Below are positions 1 through 9,709 of a stretch of 64,000 nucleotides of DNA, one piece after another. A program made the position numbers and the translations under genes. Below the pieces are notes generated by a model, which saw nothing but the letters and a program-made list of their open reading frames with translations, made no database searches and was not told the DNA's origin. Positions within the stretch are counted from its first letter, which is position 1. Each line of letters begins with the position of its first letter. The DNA comes from Pseudomonas phage Pa_WF01: sequence record OQ848593.1. One strand, written 5' to 3'.

Positions 1-1286
1 ACAGCCGTCTGCACCTTGTTCTTGGTGCTCGCCGGACCCTTGTGCACCACGATGCTGGAGCCACGGTGACCGGTGATCTCCACATGGTAGGCCGGTTCGC
101 TGTGCTGACCCGACAGAGCAGCTCCCAGCATGCGGGAAGCTTCCTTGATGTCGGTCATGCTGCGGTTGGCCTTCAGTGCACGCATGGCTTCGTCCGGCAG
201 TTCGAAGAGGATGTGGTAGGCGCGGACACGCATCTTGTTCGCGTCGTAGGACGGGACGGCGATCACGTCTTCCGGGGCCACCTTGGCCAGCACACACACG
301 TTGCCGCTGAAGCTGCCCAGGTACTGACGGCGAGCCACATGCAAGCCATTAGAGCACTCGTTGCGGCGATCCGGGTCCACGAGGGACTCGTTCATGCACA
401 CCAGAGTACTGACGCCTTGCGGCACCTTCTGCGAGTGGATGTCACGGTAGGAGAACTCCTTGTGGTCATCCGGGCCGCCTTTCAACAGCAGCTTGTAGAT
501 CACGATGCAACCATCATCGGCGATGGGGAGATCCCCACGTTCGATGAAGCGCATCAGATCTTGCACGCTGTGGCTGCGCTTGGCAGATACGGCACCAGCC
601 CGGCGAAGGAAGTTCTCGATGCCGACAGTGCTGCCCTTGGCTTTCGACTGAACAGCTGCGGTAAGCTGGGTCTTGAGCTTCTGAGCATCCGGCACGATGG
701 TTCCCTGGTCGGTCACGGCGATGATGGTGTCACCTTCGCCCACGTCATCATCCGGGTCTTCCGACTCTACGCCGTCTTCGCTGAGGTTCTCCAGGTCTGC
801 GGAACTGAACTGCGGGGCAGATGCCGGTACAGCGTGGGCCAGGATGTCATCCACAGCCTTGGCCAGTGCGGGATCCTTGATGGTGACCTTTTCGACCACC
901 TCTTCCACTACACCCTGCCCAGCATCCGCGTCCGGTGCGCAGTCGCCAGGAACCGCGCCAGCGGTGACGGGAGCGACGGGAGCAGCTGGCTCGGATGCGG
1001 AAGCTGCCGAGAAGAACTCTGCGACCTTCTTCTTCGCCACGCGGAAGAACCGCATGATGCCGCCGGACTTCTTCTCGGCGGCTTCGTAGACGTTGTTGAT
1101 GACCAGCAGGTCTTCGGAGTAGTCCACTTCACCACCCTGGCTCAGGATGGGGACGTACTTCTCGACGAAGATGGCGACACGGGGATCGCCTTGGGGGATA
1201 CGGATCTGCTCGGCAGACCCTTTCACGTACAACGTCAGGTACCTTTCGTCAAGGACAGCACCTACGACAGTTACTTTGTTGCTCAT
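1..1286 (-). CDS. rIIB-like protein (putative); the gene's 3-prime end lies beyond the window start
   Basis: Minus-strand reading frame open to the window edge. ATG at 1284-1286 is preceded by AAGGAGAAACCA. It lies immediately downstream of the rIIA-like gene, matching the T4/N4 rIIA-rIIB order. The call rests on synteny only; no diagnostic motif was seen. Confidence 0.4.
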   Translation of the reverse strand, partial: MSNKVTVVGAVLDERYLTLYVKGSAEQIRIPQGDPRVAIFVEKYVPILSQGGEVDYSEDLLVINNVYEAAEKKSGGIMRFFRVAKKKVAEFFSAASASEPAAPVAPVTAGAVPGDCAPDADAGQGVVEEVVEKVTIKDPALAKAVDDILAHAVPASAPQFSSADLENLSEDGVESEDPDDDVGEGDTIIAVTDQGTIVPDAQKLKTQLTAAVQSKAKGSTVGIENFLRRAGAVSAKRSHSVQDLMRFIERGDLPIADDGCIVIYKLLLKGGPDDHKEFSYRDIHSQKVPQGVSTLVCMNESLVDPDRRNECSNGLHVARRQYLGSFSGNVCVLAKVAPEDVIAVPSYDANKMRVRAYHILFELPDEAMRALKANRSMTDIKEASRMLGAALSGQHSEPAYHVEITGHRGSSIVVHKGPASTKNKVQTA

Positions 1287-1297
1287 TGGTTTCTCCT

Positions 1298-3814
1298 TCA
1301 GCCACGAATAGCTGTTTTCAGTAGTTTGACTGCCGTGGTGACAGTCTTCTTATCGCCGAGTGCACGCCGCACTTCCGAGGTATTCAGAAGAGCTACTATG
1401 GGTGCTTCAGAGATCTTCTTCAGCATTTCCAGCACTTTCTTGTCGCCCGGAATTGCCTTGATCTTCTTGCCCAGTGCCTCCAAGGATTCCTTCTGCTCCT
1501 GTGTGAAGAAGCGGGAGTCCATGGAGTAGACCGTGGTGAGCAATTCTTCAGCCGCAGGATCTTCAGGCTCCGGCAGTTTGAATACCTTACGGCACTCTTC
1601 CACCTGCATCATCTTCCTGATGAGATCAACGTATTCCGGGTCTTTCGCAGCATCCAACAACAAGGTGTAGCGAAGAGAGCAAGCCTTGCTGAACTCAGGT
1701 TTTTCAACCTCTTCCAGGAGCTTTACCAGCAGGAAGTCACGGGCACTTTTGACGCCCTTCTTCTCCATGTTGGCTTCTTGGGTTTCGGTGTACACAACTG
1801 CGCCCACATCGCCGAAATTCTTCAGCAGGTAGGCCGAGCACACCTTGTCCAAACCACGTACACACTTGCGGGTGTAGTAGTCGCTCTTGGTGGGGAGACG
1901 CACGTAGTAGGAGGGATTCTCCACCCGAGCTACAGATTCCGTCCTTGCCATCTCCAGGGAGAAGATGCCGCTGCTATGGCAAGCCGAGAGCATCGGATAT
2001 CCCTTCTTCCTTGGCTTGGACACGACTGGGGCAGCACCGGTCTTCGAGTCGTACTCGATTACCTCAGCTTCCTTGGTCAGGTCCAGTACTTCCCAGCCCT
2101 TCAGAGTACTCAGGGCTTTCCTGGCTTCCTCCACCTTCTTCATGCTACGCGGAACCACGTAAGCGATGAGGGCGTCGTCTGCACTGTAACCGCCTACCCA
2201 CTCGTCGAGATCCTCCACACGGCTATGGATGTCACGACGGCTGTGCGTCAGGACAATACAGCGGCGGAACAGCGGCACATAGGACATCGGATTCTTCGAC
2301 CAGTACGAAACCAACGGATACCCATTGTGGTTGTTGTAGTTCCGAACAGAATCCCCGTTGTGCAGGTGACGCCCAGCGCCGTACCAGATCAGCCTAGTGG
2401 GGCACAGCCCTTCTTCGTGGATCAGCGGCAACAGCTTGGATACCAGGTGCTTCTGCCCCCACTTGCGTACTGCCAGTGCCTGCCAGGAATCCTTGCGGAA
2501 CTTCGTGAGGTTCTCGAAGGTGGCACTAACGTAGTGATGGTGGGCAGATGCCATCCCAACCTTCTTCATCAGCCGGATGAGTGAAGGGTACAGGGTGTTT
2601 CCTTGGTTTCGCGGCTGCTTTCCTATGAGGGAAAGCTGTTGCAGCAGGGTCTTGAAGTTCTCCTTTTCATCCCGGCTATTCGAATGGTACAGCTGGCTCA
2701 AGCCAACCTCTTCCATGGTAGACATGAGTCCCTTGGTGGCCAGCCTGGACCCCTTCATGGAACTTACGAGCACGCGGTTAGCCGTTACTTCTTCAGGCCG
2801 CATCATACTGCCTGCCCTGGCTTGCACCAGTTCTTCACAGGACTTCGCCAGGATGTCGCTGCGTTCCTTGTTGATGTTCCGCGTTTCACGGAGGAACTTG
2901 TTGAGCAGCTGAAGAAGAGTCTTGCGGGTGTGGTCTTCCATGGACAGCGCTTCCCGAGACGGTGTGATCGACACCGAGTTCGGTTTGGCCTGGAGCACCA
3001 GCACGTTGACGTTGCCCGGCAGAGAGTTCACGAACTTGTGCACAGGATCGTACACCTCGGCGATGAACTCATCCCGCTCTACGGGGTAGATGACATCGCC
3101 ATAGCGGACACAGATGATGTGGCCGTTGTATTCGAGCACCTGCTCGGTAGCGATGGACCAGTCCTTGGTTACCTGGGAGAAGGGCAGAGTGGGCAGCTTC
3201 ACCCCGTTGAAGTTGGCCAGCATTTCGGCGTTGGCCACGATACGGCGAATCAGCGTACCGAATCGACGTACGTCTTCGTTCTTGATATTGATCCGTACTT
3301 CCAGACCGGTCTGGTCGGTAGGGATATCGGTCACCACCGGGGTGATGGCAGGACGGCCACCGTTCTGGATGGAAGCCTTCTGCATGCGGTAGACGTTGGT
3401 CTTTCCTTCGTGGTGAATGGTCACCTGGAAGTTGTCCACGTAGGCGAAGGGGGACTTGCACCCCAAACCAAAGCCGCCAGTCTGGGAACCGTCGTGCTTC
3501 TTGGTGGAGCCGCCGTAGACACCGTAAATGGTGCCCACGTCGTCGGGATGGATACCAGGTCCGAAGTCACGGATGACGAATTCGTCGTCCTTGAGGGTGA
3601 TCTCGACTGGGGTCTCTTTCTCGATGCCTACCATCTTGTGGGCATCGTAGGCGTTGCAGAGAGTTTCCCGGACGACGGCAAGAATCTTGTCCGTGTACAG
3701 GGAACTCGACAGAACTTGGAAGAAGGCCGGGTCATCACTGATGCCCATGGAAATTGCTTGCTTGCCGCCGATCACAACGTGAGTGGCGTAGTCTTTCTGA
3801 TGAGTTACCTGCAT
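1298..3814 (-). CDS. rIIA: rIIA-like protein with N-terminal GHKL/histidine-kinase-like ATPase fold
   Basis: 838 aa. An HATPase-like glycine-rich block is present (DFGPGIHPDDVG..GGFGLGCKSPFA). Size and domain order match T4 rIIA and N4 rIIA-like proteins. Confidence 0.6.
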   Translation of the reverse strand: MQVTHQKDYATHVVIGGKQAISMGISDDPAFFQVLSSSLYTDKILAVVRETLCNAYDAHKMVGIEKETPVEITLKDDEFVIRDFGPGIHPDDVGTIYGVYGGSTKKHDGSQTGGFGLGCKSPFAYVDNFQVTIHHEGKTNVYRMQKASIQNGGRPAITPVVTDIPTDQTGLEVRINIKNEDVRRFGTLIRRIVANAEMLANFNGVKLPTLPFSQVTKDWSIATEQVLEYNGHIICVRYGDVIYPVERDEFIAEVYDPVHKFVNSLPGNVNVLVLQAKPNSVSITPSREALSMEDHTRKTLLQLLNKFLRETRNINKERSDILAKSCEELVQARAGSMMRPEEVTANRVLVSSMKGSRLATKGLMSTMEEVGLSQLYHSNSRDEKENFKTLLQQLSLIGKQPRNQGNTLYPSLIRLMKKVGMASAHHHYVSATFENLTKFRKDSWQALAVRKWGQKHLVSKLLPLIHEEGLCPTRLIWYGAGRHLHNGDSVRNYNNHNGYPLVSYWSKNPMSYVPLFRRCIVLTHSRRDIHSRVEDLDEWVGGYSADDALIAYVVPRSMKKVEEARKALSTLKGWEVLDLTKEAEVIEYDSKTGAAPVVSKPRKKGYPMLSACHSSGIFSLEMARTESVARVENPSYYVRLPTKSDYYTRKCVRGLDKVCSAYLLKNFGDVGAVVYTETQEANMEKKGVKSARDFLLVKLLEEVEKPEFSKACSLRYTLLLDAAKDPEYVDLIRKMMQVEECRKVFKLPEPEDPAAEELLTTVYSMDSRFFTQEQKESLEALGKKIKAIPGDKKVLEMLKKISEAPIVALLNTSEVRRALGDKKTVTTAVKLLKTAIRG

Positions 3815-3817
3815 GGA

Positions 3818-4162
3818 TTACTCCTTGGACTTGGCGCGTTTAGCGCGACGTTTCTGATTGGTGAGGTGAGTGACCATCTCCAGATGAGCGGGGTTGCAGC
3901 ACAACCGTTGTCCGCAGAGATGGTCGATCTGTTTCTTACCCGGCACGTAGCCGAAGTAGTTGGTGAACATGACGATGTGGACGGCCACTGTCTGGCCGTC
4001 CAGGCTCATTCGCCCGTAACCACCGCCCCTGCCCGTACCCGAATCCGGGCCTTGCCAGAGGTGGCAGGGGCTGGGTTTTCCGTCGAGGATGAAGCCCGTG
4101 TCTTCGACTTTGCAGCGGGCTTCGATTCTCTCCCGGATTTCTTTCCTGCGTCCTTCGAACAC
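3818..4162 (-). CDS. HNH homing endonuclease (HNH_3 type)
   Basis: 114 aa with the pattern CHLWQG..GYGRMS..G..AH..IDHLCGQRLCCNPAHLE. GTG start preceded by AAGGAGTAGCTCC. Confidence 0.8.
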   Translation of the reverse strand: MFEGRRKEIRERIEARCKVEDTGFILDGKPSPCHLWQGPDSGTGRGGGYGRMSLDGQTVAVHIVMFTNYFGYVPGKKQIDHLCGQRLCCNPAHLEMVTHLTNQKRRAKRAKSKE

Positions 4163-4404
4163 GGAGCTACTCCTTTGATGTGGGACATCAGTTTCTTCTT
4201 CGGCATCATCCGGTTCTCTGCCCGGAAGATGTCGTACTCTTTTTCGGACACCTGCTCATACCCTTCGGGCACAGGCAGTTGTCCCATGGTCCAGGTGTGG
4301 GTCATGCGAGTCACACGGTTGACGAAGAAATACCGTCCGTTGACAGGCGCATGACCCAACTTTCCTGGAGTCCAATCAGCTTTCAGTTTGGCTTTCTTCG
4401 CCAT
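4006..4404 (-). CDS. hypothetical protein whose 3-prime 156 nt overlap the HNH gene in another frame
   Basis: ATG at 4404 is preceded by AAGGAGTAATC. The first ~80 aa look protein-like. The C-terminal third is low-complexity read-through across the HNH gene. Confidence 0.35.
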   Translation of the reverse strand: MAKKAKLKADWTPGKLGHAPVNGRYFFVNRVTRMTHTWTMGQLPVPEGYEQVSEKEYDIFRAENRMMPKKKLMSHIKGVAPCSKDAGKKSGRESKPAAKSKTRASSSTENPAPATSGKARIRVRAGAVVTGE

Positions 4405-4406
4405 GA

Positions 4407-4607
4407 TTACTCCTTATGCAGCACGTACATGCCTTTGATGTCGGTGCCCAAGATGTAACCCTTGGGCACTGTTGGTTTCCCATAGACAGCCTTGCCGGAA
4501 GCGATAGCAGCCTCAGCTTCTTCGATACCTCCGAAGTGCTTGATCATATGGTTGAAGGAAGCCCAGTAGGACTTCCGGTCAGTTAGCGAGCAGGGTTTTC
4601 GAGACAA
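4407..4607 (-). CDS. hypothetical protein
   Basis: 66-aa ORF co-directional with its neighbours and tightly packed between them. Confidence 0.4.
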   Translation of the reverse strand: MSRKPCSLTDRKSYWASFNHMIKHFGGIEEAEAAIASGKAVYGKPTVPKGYILGTDIKGMYVLHKE

Positions 4608-5049
4608 CGTAGTGACCCCCGTGTTCGGTGATAAGGGAGTCCAGGGTGCTCCAACTCATGGCTTTCACATTGCCCATGGCCAGCACTGTCATCCCCTCGG
4701 GTTCATCGTGATCATCCCGGTACATCACGAGATGAACACCATGAGTTGCGATCATTTCTGCACAGCGTACGCAAGGTGCCCGAGTGATCCATAGGACAGA
4801 ATTGTCCAGGGGTACACCAGAGCGGGATGCCCAAGCCAAGATGTTGTGCTCGGCGTGGATAACCCCGTAGGGAGTGGTTTTGAAGCGGGTCTCTTCCCGA
4901 AGGTACTCGCCGTTCTCGCAACAGTTGTCGGTTCCAGGCATGGTGCCGTTCCACCCAGTGAAGAGGGCACCGGTCGTAGTGACCAGCACCCCTCCAACTT
5001 GATGGCGTTCAGCTACACTCTGCTTGGCCGCATTCGTCGCTATCGACAT
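4579..5049 (-). CDS. dCMP deaminase (cytidine/deoxycytidylate deaminase family)
   Basis: Zinc-binding motifs HAEHNIL and PCVRCAEMI are present. Start set at MSIATN, preceded by CAGGAGACTGTAC. The longer ORF-track start lacks an RBS. Confidence 0.8.
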   Translation of the reverse strand: MSIATNAAKQSVAERHQVGGVLVTTTGALFTGWNGTMPGTDNCCENGEYLREETRFKTTPYGVIHAEHNILAWASRSGVPLDNSVLWITRAPCVRCAEMIATHGVHLVMYRDDHDEPEGMTVLAMGNVKAMSWSTLDSLITEHGGHYVVSKTLLAN

Positions 5050-5074
5050 GTACAGTCTCCTGTACTTCATCGAC

Positions 5075-5233
5075 CTAGGGTCCGGGGCTTTCAGCACTGT
5101 TGATACCTCTCGCAAAGTCGCAGGCAGCCCAAAGGCCGCCGCATTCATGGACGAGCACACCGTCCTTACGCACGGCTATTACGCCTTGCGACACGGTGAT
5201 CTCGTGGTCGTTTACCCAGCAGGTACTTGTCAC
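5075..5233 (-). CDS. possible small ORF (52 aa) with GTG start overlapping the DNA polymerase stop (GTGA)
   Basis: AAGGAGAAATCTGC sits immediately 5-prime of the GTG. The ORF is below the ORF-track size cutoff and there is no similarity evidence. Confidence 0.25.
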   Translation of the reverse strand: MTSTCWVNDHEITVSQGVIAVRKDGVLVHECGGLWAACDFARGINSAESPGP

Positions 5234-7848
5234 GCAGATTTCTCCTTCAGTGCAGCAGCATGCTCACGGCACTGTTCAATGAGACGTTCCTTGGTGATGG
5301 GATAGTCCAGGGTGCAGGCTTCACGCCAGCTGGGCCAGAAAATGTCCAGGTTGGCACCCAGAGGAACCCGCTTGTCATTGATCTTGGGGTCTTCCTGCCA
5401 CGCCATGCACTTGCAGAGCGTGTTGTTGACCCACACAGTGACATCAGGATCGTCCGGCCACATCACGTAGATCGCATCGTGGATCAGAGAGATAATCTCT
5501 ACCTTCAGCTTGTAGGGACTGGCCAGTAGCAGCTTGCGGAATTCCACAGCAGCACGGTTGGTCAGTAGACCCCAGGATTGGCCGGACACTGCGTTACCCG
5601 CACTACGGGATTCAGCAGCGGCCTCCTTGGGAGTCGCCTTCAAGCCAAGCATGGTGGACCCCAATAGCGGCGTTCTCAGCCGCAGGTTGAAGGCCAGTTC
5701 CACGTAGCCCGTCTTGGTTGCTTTGTCGATCTCACCAGCCACCCACTCATTGCTTACGCGATAGAGCTTGTTGTAGTTGGTTTCGATCTCCTGGGCTTCT
5801 TCATCCGAGAAACCTACCTGCCGCACCAGACCCATCCAACTGCCCCCATACTGGAGCAGGAAGTGTGGAGTCTTGGCTTTGCTTCGCAGGTCTGGGTAGA
5901 CCTTCTGGATCGAGTTGATGGAGTCAACCGTGTCTACGATCCCCTCGCACTTGTCCGGCCAGAACGCAAAGGTACGCATCGAGTGGCCATCGTAGCCATC
6001 GGTGTACACCTTGATTTTGTTCGGGTCTTGAGTGAGCAGGGCGTTGATCCGGTCTTCTAGTGCAGCGAAGTCCGCCCCTCCGAAGAGGAAGCCGGGCGGT
6101 GCACAGAAGAGAGACTTCACCAGCTTGCCGTAGGTCGAGCCAGCCGGAAGGTTTTGCAGGTTGGGATCAGACGAGGACAGCCGTCCAGAGATGGTTCCCC
6201 CAAGGTTGAAGGAGCCATGCAGGTACATCATTCCGTCCGCCTTCATTCGACCCGCCTTGAAGGCTGGCATGAAAGCAGAGATGACCTTCTCTACGGCACC
6301 CAAGTCCATCAGAGCCTGGATGAGATCCTTGTACGGTTCCGCCTTGATGTGGTTCAGCAGCTTCTTCAGCGTACCCCCACTGGTGGAGGGTTGCTTGGTC
6401 GCCGTCACGTCCAGTACAGGAAGGTATAGGACTTCATGCAGCAGACGAGCCACTTGTGGACCAGAGTTGGGGTTGAACCGAATGTGCGAAAACTTGCTCA
6501 GCGGATGCTGGATAGTCTTCAGCTTGGCATTGGCCTTTTCCATCTCACTGGTTTGGATCAGTACCTCTACCCTGGCGACTGCGGGATGGCTCATCACAGT
6601 GTTGTGGTACCCGTCCCGCAGGCTATTCAGTTCAGTATTGACCTCTGCGATCTTCTTCGGATCCATGGGCATGCCCACGAGTTCCATCTGAATAATCAGG
6701 TCCAAGCTGTCCTTGAACAGGCCGTGGTAGAGAGCTTCCTGCTGGTCTTGCACCATGATGGGGTAATACTTGTTCTTCACCCATACGGTCGTCACCGCAT
6801 CCACCGCGTTGTACTTCATGAGATCTTCCAGCTGAATCAGCCGGATGTCCTTGATCTCGTCCTGAGCCCAGTTACCCGCATGCTCCTGCCCCAGGTCTTT
6901 CAGGGAGTAGCTGACATCAGCGGTTGAGTTCAGTGCGAGGTACGCGATGATCTTGGTGTCGTCCATCCGTGGAGTCATGATCTCCAAGCCACGGTGCATG
7001 CCCTCTTTGTCGAGGTCATGCTCCATGAATAGGGTGTAGATCAGAACCTTCACGTCATGGTTTGCACGGTGGTAGATGATTCGCCCAGGGTACTCGGTGA
7101 AGAACCACTTGAGCACTTCCCGCATCTCTGCGTTCGGCTCGTAGTAACCGTGGTGCTTGTTCTCGTCCTGGATCATCTCCCTGTAGTCACACTGGATCTG
7201 CACAGCATCGTGCTCGTTCCAGGCGAAGCCAATGGTGGCAATGCCGGAGTCGAACATGCTGAGACTGAAGCCTTCGATGTCACAGGATATCTCCGGCTTG
7301 TCCATGAGCCTGGACAGAGCTTCCCTGGCTTGACTGACATGGCCCCGGTAGATGTACGTGACATTGTGCAGCAGGTCAGATCCGACAGGCCGATACACGC
7401 CATTGGCATGGTCAACGATGGCTTTGAAGCCACGGCTTAGCTTGTGCATCTGCCCTGGATCGAACAACAGCACCTGATGGTTTACGCCCGGAGTCACCAG
7501 GTACCCAGGATCGTAGCCAGCAGGGGGCGACAGGTTGCCGAAGTCGGCGTCCGTCTTCCGCTTGGTCCACTCCTTGAAGTACTTGGAGTCAGCCACGTAG
7601 GCATACTGGACTCCGAGATCCCGCAGTAGCTGGTCGCGATCCTTGATGCACTCCTTGATCGCCTTGGCAGATACCTTCTTGCCCTCGTAATCCAGTGAGA
7701 TCACGATGACATTCTTGCGGGGAACACCAAGCCCTTCCAGCTGCTTGATGTAGGTGGATTCAGCGGCTGACCGACTCACCGCTGCCTCCTTGATCAGGAT
7801 AGCCACAGGGTAGCTATCCTGTTCTTCCCAGGTGATGTACTTCATCAC
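5230..7848 (-). CDS. DNA polymerase, family A, with 3-5 exonuclease domain
   Basis: 872 aa. Exo I motif DIEGFSL. Pol motif A ADFAALEDRI, motif B KTPHFLLQYGG, motif C HDAIYV. Confidence 0.9.
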   Translation of the reverse strand: MMKYITWEEQDSYPVAILIKEAAVSRSAAESTYIKQLEGLGVPRKNVIVISLDYEGKKVSAKAIKECIKDRDQLLRDLGVQYAYVADSKYFKEWTKRKTDADFGNLSPPAGYDPGYLVTPGVNHQVLLFDPGQMHKLSRGFKAIVDHANGVYRPVGSDLLHNVTYIYRGHVSQAREALSRLMDKPEISCDIEGFSLSMFDSGIATIGFAWNEHDAVQIQCDYREMIQDENKHHGYYEPNAEMREVLKWFFTEYPGRIIYHRANHDVKVLIYTLFMEHDLDKEGMHRGLEIMTPRMDDTKIIAYLALNSTADVSYSLKDLGQEHAGNWAQDEIKDIRLIQLEDLMKYNAVDAVTTVWVKNKYYPIMVQDQQEALYHGLFKDSLDLIIQMELVGMPMDPKKIAEVNTELNSLRDGYHNTVMSHPAVARVEVLIQTSEMEKANAKLKTIQHPLSKFSHIRFNPNSGPQVARLLHEVLYLPVLDVTATKQPSTSGGTLKKLLNHIKAEPYKDLIQALMDLGAVEKVISAFMPAFKAGRMKADGMMYLHGSFNLGGTISGRLSSSDPNLQNLPAGSTYGKLVKSLFCAPPGFLFGGADFAALEDRINALLTQDPNKIKVYTDGYDGHSMRTFAFWPDKCEGIVDTVDSINSIQKVYPDLRSKAKTPHFLLQYGGSWMGLVRQVGFSDEEAQEIETNYNKLYRVSNEWVAGEIDKATKTGYVELAFNLRLRTPLLGSTMLGLKATPKEAAAESRSAGNAVSGQSWGLLTNRAAVEFRKLLLASPYKLKVEIISLIHDAIYVMWPDDPDVTVWVNNTLCKCMAWQEDPKINDKRVPLGANLDIFWPSWREACTLDYPITKERLIEQCREHAAALKEKSA

Positions 7849-8375
7849 AGTCCTCCTAGTACAAGGTTAATCCCAACACGGGTGCAGAGCTTATCCCAAC
7901 CCGCTTGGTTTGAACCTATGGGACTTTCGGTCGGGAATTCCACCCCTTCCACCGGCAAGCCAAAGTGCTCATAGACCCTCTTCAGAGGCTCCCGTAAACC
8001 ACTTGGGAACATCTTGAGGTACTCCGACGGTTCGTCAGATTTGTTGAGCACTTGGCTGATGAACGTGAGCACAGAGTCACGCTCGTCGGATAACACCGGG
8101 TCGTACTCTGCCAACAGACTGTCAACGAGTACTCGGTTGCTACGACTCAGCCTGGGAAAGTAGCGGAAGTTGGGCTTCTCTCCAGGGATCATGAAGTTGC
8201 GTCCACGATGGCAGAACGCCCGGATGCCATCACCTCGGGCTACAGCATCCGCGATGATCAGTTCGTTCATCCGCTCCTGGAAAGCCTTCCTCACCGGAGC
8301 ATAGAGGAAGTGATCCAAGCAGTCCTTCACTGCCCTCTTGAAGATCAGGAACTCCGGGGTTCTCGCTTGCATCAC
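7845..8375 (-). CDS. hypothetical protein
   Basis: 176-aa ORF between the helicase and polymerase genes, overlapping its neighbours by 4 nt on each side. Confidence 0.5.
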   Translation of the reverse strand: MMQARTPEFLIFKRAVKDCLDHFLYAPVRKAFQERMNELIIADAVARGDGIRAFCHRGRNFMIPGEKPNFRYFPRLSRSNRVLVDSLLAEYDPVLSDERDSVLTFISQVLNKSDEPSEYLKMFPSGLREPLKRVYEHFGLPVEGVEFPTESPIGSNQAGWDKLCTRVGINLVLGGL

Positions 8376-9709
8376 ATGTCTCCTGTCATGACCACCCGTC
8401 TACGTGCTCGGCTGAAGCCAACATAAAGAAGGCGTGCCAGGGCGTTCGGGCGGTGTACCTTGCCACAGATGTTGTCCAGGTCGATGAACACCGTATCGTA
8501 GGTGGAGCCCTGCGACTTGTTCACGGTGCACGAGAAGGCAGGCCGAAGGTCTACCCAGTTCTGGTCGATCAGCTGAAGGATCTTGTAATCCTCTTCTTTC
8601 CGAGCCAGCTTCTCCCGGTCCTTGCGGTCCTTGAGGGACTTGGGCAGGAAGAAGCTGCTGTTGTGGTGCATCAGCTTCACGAGGTAGCCGTCCACGTCAA
8701 ACTCTCTGGTTGGACGAATGTCTTCGATCACCACCTCGGATCCGTTGGACAGCTGGGCATGCTTGTTGATGACGGCTTCGTTCACCAGCATCTTCTGACC
8801 TACCTGCGGATCGCTGGAGCCAAGCAGCAGTTGGGAGAAGTGCTTGTTGTACTCGGTCACACAGGCATTGGTGTAAGCCAATACCTTGGTGCTGCCGTGC
8901 ACCTGGGGGTTCTGGAAGGCTTCTTCCGCCATCTCTACGAACTTGTCCCGTGGTACATGGATCAGCTGGTCACCGTCCAACTGGATCTTCGGCCACTCAC
9001 CCGTCTTCACCGTGTGGCGGAAAGCGTTGCAGAGGTCCAACAGGGGACCACTGTTCTGCCGCTTGACCTCGGTCAGTTCCACCACGATGTCCTTCATGGC
9101 GAAGGCAGGCATGATGTTGGTACCGACCGGAGTCAGCTGGCAATCGTCGCCGACGAAGATGAATTTGCAGCAGTCCGTTCTGTCGAAGCAGAACTGGAGC
9201 AGCGCAGGGTCGATGTAGCTGGCTTCGTCCACCACGATCAGGCAACGGAACGGAATGTCGAAGTTGCGGATGGGCATCAGTTCGCTCTTGCCCGTCTTGT
9301 AGTCGGTGCGGAGACGAAGGCCCAATGCCCGGTGGATGGTCTTGACCTCGTGGTTGAACTCCTTCATGGCCACCGCCAGAGCATCACATGCTTGGTTTGT
9401 GGTGGCTGTCAGCAGGGGTTCGAACGGCTCGAAGTTGTCGTCCAGGGTAGACAGGGCGCGATCCAGAGTCTCCATCTCGTCTAGGATTCGACGAATCAGA
9501 GTGGACTTGCCAGTTCCTGACCAGCCCTTGAGGACCATAACCTGGGCGTCGGGGTTGGTGTAGAAGTTGATGAAGGTCTGAAACCCGGCTTCCTGGCCGG
9601 GCGTCAGCACGAAGGGAGCAGGCTTGTCTACTCCTTCGGATCGAACAGGATCACTTGCCCGTACGGGGCTGTCCAGTTCGATTTCCTGTTGTACGGGTGT
9701 ATCAACCAT
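8372..9709 (-). CDS. Dda/RecD-like SF1 DNA helicase
   Basis: Walker A GWSGTGKST, Walker B VVDEASYI, motifs KSQGSTYDTVFIDL and VGFSRAR. AGGAG lies 10 nt upstream of the ATG. Confidence 0.8.
   Translation of the reverse strand: MVDTPVQQEIELDSPVRASDPVRSEGVDKPAPFVLTPGQEAGFQTFINFYTNPDAQVMVLKGWSGTGKSTLIRRILDEMETLDRALSTLDDNFEPFEPLLTATTNQACDALAVAMKEFNHEVKTIHRALGLRLRTDYKTGKSELMPIRNFDIPFRCLIVVDEASYIDPALLQFCFDRTDCCKFIFVGDDCQLTPVGTNIMPAFAMKDIVVELTEVKRQNSGPLLDLCNAFRHTVKTGEWPKIQLDGDQLIHVPRDKFVEMAEEAFQNPQVHGSTKVLAYTNACVTEYNKHFSQLLLGSSDPQVGQKMLVNEAVINKHAQLSNGSEVVIEDIRPTREFDVDGYLVKLMHHNSSFFLPKSLKDRKDREKLARKEEDYKILQLIDQNWVDLRPAFSCTVNKSQGSTYDTVFIDLDNICGKVHRPNALARLLYVGFSRARRRVVMTGDM

Noticed and set aside
42-1529. 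495-aa + strand ORF
   Set aside because: It is antisense to the rIIB-like gene. Its composition (H/V/G/D-rich), lack of an RBS and opposite strand to the whole block make it a shadow ORF.
2603-4354. 583-aa + strand ORF
   Set aside because: Antisense to the rIIA-like gene and the HNH gene; shadow ORF.
8453-9484. 343-aa + strand ORF
   Set aside because: Antisense to the Dda-like helicase, whose motifs are unambiguous on the - strand.
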